A model generated the notes under the pieces. The model had not been told where the DNA came from and searched no databases. It worked only from the letters and a program-made list of their open reading frames with translations. A stretch of 64,000 nt of DNA from Deltaproteobacteria bacterium. Lineage in GTDB: Bacteria > Desulfobacterota > Desulfobacteria > Desulfobacterales > GCA-2748835. The translations under genes were made by a program, and so were the position numbers. This document shows, in pieces, positions 58,601 through 64,000 of the stretch (the stretch's first letter is position 1; every line of letters begins with the position of its first letter). The stretch lies in contig PDTL01000013.1 of assembly GCA_002748835.1 (NCBI GenBank), positions 26,576-90,575 on the forward strand. The letters run 5' to 3'.

Positions 58601-61600
58601 AAATACGGTTATGCCGGGTGAATCCCTTCAGAACGGGGTGAACGCGAGATATACCAGCCTGGACGGTGCAGATGCAAACGAGCGCGATGGCTCGGATCCC
58701 GATCCGGACCAGACCGATGACAGCGTGCTGAACAACTACGGTATTGATGCCCTGTCGCCTGTGGTGATTGTGGCAGACCCGGTGGCGCTGGATAAGCGGT
58801 TTTATCCGGATCCGTCCGTCACCACCTATACCATTGGTGAAACCGTCCGGTACCGGCTGACCGTGACCCTGGTCGAAGGCACCGTGGAAGACCTGGTGGT
58901 AACCGATATCCTGCCGGATGGCCTTCATTTTGTATCCGCCGTTGTGTCGGCCGGTCATACCAACCTGACGCATCACTATACGGCACCGGTGGCCGTAAGC
59001 GGCCAGGAACTCACCTTTGACTTCGGCACGGTGGTCAACCCGGCCAATGGGTCGGATTCAGATGACGTCCTGGTCATGGACATTGAAACCGTGGTGGAAA
59101 ATATCGCCGCTAACCAAGATGGTGTCCGGCTGGGCAACCATGCCGGAATGACCTTCACGGATGCGGACGGCCACCCGGTAACCCGGGACTATGACGCGGA
59201 TACGGGAACACCCGGTGTCCAGCCGCTGGAACTGGAACTGGTTGAACCGGTGCTGGTCATTGAAAAGACCCATAACCTTGAGTATCAGTCCCTTGGCGAT
59301 CAGGTCAGCGTGACCCTGCGAGTGGCCCATACGGCAGAGAGCAGGGCGCATGCGTACGACCTTGTGATCACGGACACCCTGCCCGCAGGGTTGCGGTTTG
59401 TCACCGGCTCTGCTTCTGTGCCCCCGGTGGTTTCAGGAACGCCTGCAACGGGCGAAACCCTGACATTCACCATTACTGACCTTTCCCTGGCCGCCCATGA
59501 GATGGTGATTACCTATCAGGTGAGGGTGAGCCCGGGTTCGGTGGTGGGGACACCACTGGTGAATTCTGCCCTGCTGACCTGGGGCAGTATTCCGGGTGCC
59601 ACAGGCGATCCCACCGGCGGCCGGACGGGCGGCGACTGCGGTGAAACCGCGCCGCTGAACGACTATTGCACGGTGGATGATGCCCAGGTGATACCGATCA
59701 CAACGCTTTTCATCGAGGCGGTAAAAACCGTGGAAGACGTGAACGGCGGTCGGGTGATGCCGGGAGATGAACTGCACTATACCGTGGTGCTGACCAATGT
59801 GCATCCCAGACAGGATGTGACGAAGGTGATGTATGTCGATCCGCTTCCTGTGATGGCCGACTATGTGGCAGGTTCGATGACGCTGGAAGGTGCGAGCCTG
59901 ACCGACGCGGCTGACGGGGATGCCGGAGACTACAATGTCTCGCTGAGTCATGGACTGACCATTGACGTGGGCATCATGGAAAGTGCACAGTCGGTGACCA
60001 TCCACTATCGTCTTCAGGTGCCGATGGACACGCCGGTCGGTGTGGTGATCCGCAACCAGGGGACGGTTGACAGTGCGGAAACGGTTCCAGAGCCCACGGA
60101 CGAAGATGATAACGACGCCAACGGCGACCAGCCCACGGAAGTCGTGGTGGGCGAAGACCCTGTATCGAATATTCGTGTGGAGAAACGGGTCGCCCTTTTA
60201 GACGATATTGTAGCGCCCACGGACGGTACCCTGAATGTGGGAGATACGGTTCAGTACACCATTCTCATTCGGAATACCGGAGACATGCCACTGACAAATG
60301 TGGCCTTTTCTGATGAGATGCCGGCCGGCGTCACCGTGACGGGTGTGTCCAACGCATCCTGGAGTGGCGGACAAACCGTCACAGCGGCGTTTGCCCAAAT
60401 TCCTGTGGGCGGGTCTGAAACAATTACTATCACGGCAACCTTGATCGCTGCCGGTCGCCTTTTGAATCAGGGAGTCGTGACAACGGATGAAACCGGTTCC
60501 CATGAAACGGACGGCAATTCGGATACGGAAGACGGGGACCAGCCCACGGTAATCAGGGTTGAAGAACCGTCCGTTGCCGGAACGCCGGAGATCCGTTTAG
60601 TCAAGACCGATGCCCTGGTAGAGGATCTGGATGAGACCGGATCCGTGACTGTCGGTGATACCCTGCGCTATACCCTGAGCGTCCGAAACACCGGTTCAGC
60701 TCCGGCAACAGCCGTACGCGTACGGGATGCGATTCCGGTCCATACCACGCTCGTGGCGGGATCCGTGTTTACCAGCCAGGGGGCGGTTGTCACCGAGGAT
60801 CCGATGGACGTGAACGTGGGAACCCTTGCACCGGGTGAGGAAGTGATCGTCACCCTGCGGGTGACCGTTGACGCGGGAACGCCTGCGGGTACCCGTGTGT
60901 CCAACCAGGCAGTGGCAAGCACCGCAGAGACGCCGGATATCCCGAGCGACGACCCGCATACGCCGGAAACGGATGACCCCACCGAAACACCGGTGGTGGG
61001 AATGCCGGAACTCCGGATCTGGAAAACAGCGAATAAGGCGGAAGTCGCTCCTGGAAAACGTCTGACCTATACCCTTCATTATGAAAACCTGGGCCCGAGT
61101 AACGCGTCCCGGGTGGTCATCACGGATGAGGTGCCCGGCGGTACCGAGTTCATTTCTTCGGACACCGGCGTGCTGGTGACTGATACCACCGTTCGATGGG
61201 AGCTGGGAACTTTGATCGCAGGATATAGCGGCGCTGTTTCCTTTACCGTACGGGTGGATTCCTCGGTGCCGGATGGCGCGGAAATCGTCAACAGTGCTTA
61301 CCAGATGACCACCTTTCAGACTGAGCCGGTTACCGGGGATCCGGTGACGGTTCCGGTGAATAAACCCAGCCCAATCCGGAAACGGCCGGACCTTTCCACC
61401 TCCGGTAAAACCGTGAGCGACATGAACGGGTGCCCGCTGGAACCGGGGGATACACTGCTGTATACCGTAACCCTGATCAATACAGGAAACGGGATGGCGC
61501 CGTCTGTCTGGTATACGGACCTGCCCGATGCGCTGTCCATTCTGGAGAATGGGTCGGTGACTACCACAAAAGGGAAGGTGAATCGCGGGAACTCACCGGG

Positions 61601-63128
61601 TGAACCGGATATCCGCATCAATGTGGGTAACTTGGCACCGGGAGAGACCTGTACCATTACCTACCGGGTAACCGTGGGCGAAAACGCGCCCGCAGGCAGC
61701 CTGCTGTCCAATCAGGGGATGATGGATCTCGGGGTTTGCTATCCCTCCTTTGTCACGGACAATCCCTTAACGATTGCCAAAGGGGATCCCACGTTCATTG
61801 GTCCGGTGGGCGGCAGCGACGGAGGCATGGCACCGGTTTCCTTTGAAAAACGCGTGATTGATCCGTTAGATAGCTATGCGCCGGGAGATTCGGTACAGCT
61901 GGAAGTACGGGTGACCCATCACGGTGCAGACACCACAGAGGGGATGGTGATTGTCGACGCCCTGCCGGAGTCCCTCATACTGGTAGAAGAGTCCTTGTCC
62001 GCTGTGAACGGCACCGCCCATGCCGGGCCACCGATCCGCTTTTTCGTGGAACCCCTGGCCGCTGGCGCATCAGCGATCCTGACCTATACGGTGATGATCA
62101 GCGAAAGCGTCGTTCTGAACACGGAGATTTTCACCCAGGCCCAGCTCTACTACGGCGGGACCGACTGCAACCGGGTGGAAAGCGACAACCCGGACACCAG
62201 TGCTGAACTAGACGCGGTGCGGATCTTTGTGGGTGAACGAACCCAGGGACCGGATGTGCGGGTGACAAAAACAATTCAGGACCTGGATGCCGGCCTGCTC
62301 TTGAATGGTGACAGGCTCCGGTATCGGATACAGGTCACCAATGCGGGTGACCAGCCGACATCCGTGCTTCACCTGACAGATCTGCTGGCGGAATACCTGG
62401 TACTCAATCCCGGCAGCATCGAAACCGCAGGTATCACCATAGACCCGGCAGATACGGTCATCACGGGTACCATTGCGCCACTGGCGCCGCAGGCCGATGC
62501 CTGGGTCGCGTTTACCTGCAGGCTCGACTTCGCACCGGGAACACCGGCCGGTACAGGAGTGGTAAACCAGGCTGAGGTAATGGATTCAGACGGCGTCCGG
62601 TTTGAATCGGATGATCCGTCCACAGCGGCAGATTTGGATCCCACTGTGCGGCTGCTTGATATGGCTGTGCCTGTGTTGGCGCCGCCCTATGGTACCCTGC
62701 GGGTCGTTTCCGAAAACGACTATCTGGTGTGGGAAATGACCTGGCGTCAACCGAATCCGGACTGGTCCATGATCACCCATGTACGGGCGGAATTGCCGGA
62801 AGGTGTGGATTGGGTGACAGACAGCCTGGAATTTGATGCAGGGGATGCCATGTATGATCCCGTAACCCTACGGATTCGCTGGGCCGTCAATCTGGCACCG
62901 GATGGTCAGCCAGCGACCCTGCGCTACCGTACGCGTCCCCGTGCGGGACTTACAGAGACCGCAACCCAGGCATCCGCCTGGTGGGACCAGAACATGAACG
63001 GGAAGGTGGATGCGGATGAACGGGCGCAATCGCCGGTACTCACCGATGACCCGATGACGGATACGCCACTGGATCCCACCCGCTGGACCGGATGCTGGGA
63101 TTGCAGTGGAGGGATGAAACCCTTCTGA
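46686..63128 (+). CDS. Giant (5,480 aa) secreted DUF11/conserved-repeat-domain surface protein (adhesin-like)
   Basis: Single 16,443-nt ORF with the signal peptide [20 protein letters not shown]. It has dozens of ~100-aa Ig-like modules with the DUF11 signature, e.g. [108 protein letters not shown] and [25 protein letters not shown]. The composition is Thr/Asp/Gly/Val-rich. All internal antisense or off-frame track ORFs are rejected. Confidence 0.9.
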   Translation: [5480 protein letters not shown]

Positions 63129-63147
63129 TAACGTTCATTATGGTAAT

Positions 63148-63174
63148 CAGGTGCCGCCTGAAGTGCGGCACCTG
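63148..63174 (+). promoter_or_regulatory. Perfect 10-bp hairpin between the giant gene and the downstream beta-barrel gene (no U-tract)
   Basis: CAGGTGCCGC (63148-63157), loop CTGAAGT, GCGGCACCTG (63165-63174). It lies 20 nt after the giant-gene stop and is followed by AATGCTT rather than a T-run. Confidence 0.5.
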
Positions 63175-63229
63175 AATGCTTGGGAGATTATTATGACGCT
63201 GCCGGGTTGCCGGCTACCGGAGGAGATGT

Positions 63230-64000
63230 ATGTATATCACAGAACGATGGCGGTTGCGCGAAATCCTTCTCACCCTGATGCTGTTCCTGCTGTCTATGCC
63301 GGCAATGGCTGGCGATTCGATCGGAGTCTATGGTCTGAACGGTTACGGTTATACGGGAGATCCGGTACCGGTGGAGGGCGTCTATCTTCAGATTGGCGGC
63401 ATGATATCGACCTATCATGAAAACAATCTGAAGTGCAGGGACGGACATATTATGGCTGTTCCCTTGAGTATCAGCGCGGGAAACGGCACCCATTGGCAGC
63501 TGGCCGCAGCCACGCACTGGGAACGGTGGAAAAATACGGATTTCGACAATGATGAGGACGGCTTTGGTGATCTGTTTGTGGGCGGGAGCTATCAGATGCT
63601 GCATGCGGATGCCGGGCATCTTCTGGATCTCTCACTGGGCGCCCATTTGCTCGTGCCCACCGGGGACCGGGACAAGGCCATCGGTGATCTTTTTCTTTTC
63701 AATGCAACAGACACCGACGACACCGTAGCCGGTGTCAACCTGCGCATCGGGAAAAGCTGGGGCGACTTGCGCCTGACTGCGGACCTGGGCGCGAACAAGG
63801 TGCATGCCAAAGACGAGGCACTGAAGGATAACAGCTGGACCTTCGGTGCGGCAGCCGCCTATACCGTCTCCGACCATCTGACCGTCTATACGGAAGTGTT
63901 CAACCACCACCACCGGAACCGGGAGACCCCATCAAGCGATTCCAGCTGTTATGACCCGGACCGGAAAGACGACATCCGGGAGATCGCCCTGGGTGCGTTC
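63230..64000 (+). CDS. Putative outer-membrane beta-barrel protein (MetA-pathway/transporter-like), 5' part; continues beyond window end
   Basis: Absent from the ORF track (no stop in the window). ATG 63230 follows GGAGGAG. My translation is open for 257 codons to 64000. It reads MYITERWRLREILLTLMLFLLSMPAMAGDS (signal peptide) ... DGFGDLFVGGSYQML ... LSLGAHLLVPTGDRDKAIG ... WTFGAAAAYTVSDHLTVYTEVF, with alternating beta-strand patterns. The family call is tentative. Confidence 0.6.
   Translation, partial: MYITERWRLREILLTLMLFLLSMPAMAGDSIGVYGLNGYGYTGDPVPVEGVYLQIGGMISTYHENNLKCRDGHIMAVPLSISAGNGTHWQLAAATHWERWKNTDFDNDEDGFGDLFVGGSYQMLHADAGHLLDLSLGAHLLVPTGDRDKAIGDLFLFNATDTDDTVAGVNLRIGKSWGDLRLTADLGANKVHAKDEALKDNSWTFGAAAAYTVSDHLTVYTEVFNHHHRNRETPSSDSSCYDPDRKDDIREIALGAF

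Noticed and set aside
46689-63128. Several dozen 60-225-aa ORFs on the minus strand or in off frames inside the giant gene
   Set aside because: All are nested in one uninterrupted 5,481-codon frame with a repeated domain signature. They are Arg/Gly/Pro/His-rich and lack RBSs. They are statistical by-products of a long GC-rich, stop-poor region.
63151-63420. 89-aa plus-strand ORF after the giant gene
   Set aside because: It starts inside the 63148-63174 hairpin. The overlapping frame from ATG 63230 has a proper RBS and signal peptide and stays open to the window end.
1-64000. Scan for CRISPR arrays, tRNA/rRNA genes, transposases, integrases, phage genes and reverse transcriptases
   Set aside because: I found no regularly spaced short direct repeats, no tRNA-like T-arm (GGTTCGAATCC-type) in any intergenic gap, and no ORF with DDE, tyrosine/serine recombinase catalytic or RT motifs. 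The only recombinase-like element is the short HTH-like tail of the acidic repeat protein.

Overview
About 55-60% GC chromosomal window. Gene content suggests a Desulfobacterota (deltaproteobacterial) type anaerobe, which is an inference. I support about 46 protein genes and saw no rRNA, tRNA, CRISPR array or IS element. From left to right: (1) a truncated TonB-dependent receptor divergent from an AraC regulator; (2) a beta-CASP MBL hydrolase, a radical SAM/SPASM enzyme and an alpha/beta hydrolase; (3) a ten-gene, single-strand cluster at 8.4-18.1 kb, the most system-like novelty candidate, encoding Roadblock/MglB, an MglA-type GTPase, a zinc-ribbon/HAMP sensor with no output domain, PATAN (DUF4388) proteins including a response regulator, a second Roadblock-like protein, a PilB/GspE-type ATPase with a long N-terminal extension, and a zinc-ribbon PilZ protein, with no pilin, platform or secretin genes; (4) a convergent operon with a short membrane-anchored dynamin-like GTPase; (5) cinA and an MNT/HEPN pair whose HEPN gene carries two frameshifts; (6) a lipid block with FAAL, OMPLA, a PaaI thioesterase, EtfAB and an operon encoding a split ACAD10/11-like kinase plus acyl-CoA dehydrogenase with two SDRs and a histidine phosphatase; (7) a redox pair of a zinc-ribbon double-glutaredoxin membrane protein and an 86-codon thioredoxin-fold gene readable only if an in-frame UGA (UxxC) is selenocysteine, with a SECIS-like hairpin; (8) mpl-hemL, a degenerate Tpt1-like protein and an acidic VDDLxxLLD-repeat protein; (9) a 16.4-kb gene for a 5,480-aa DUF11-repeat surface protein containing a tandem super-repeat of about 4.2 kb, followed by a truncated outer-membrane beta-barrel gene. 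All domain calls come from motif recognition by eye. No searches were run.
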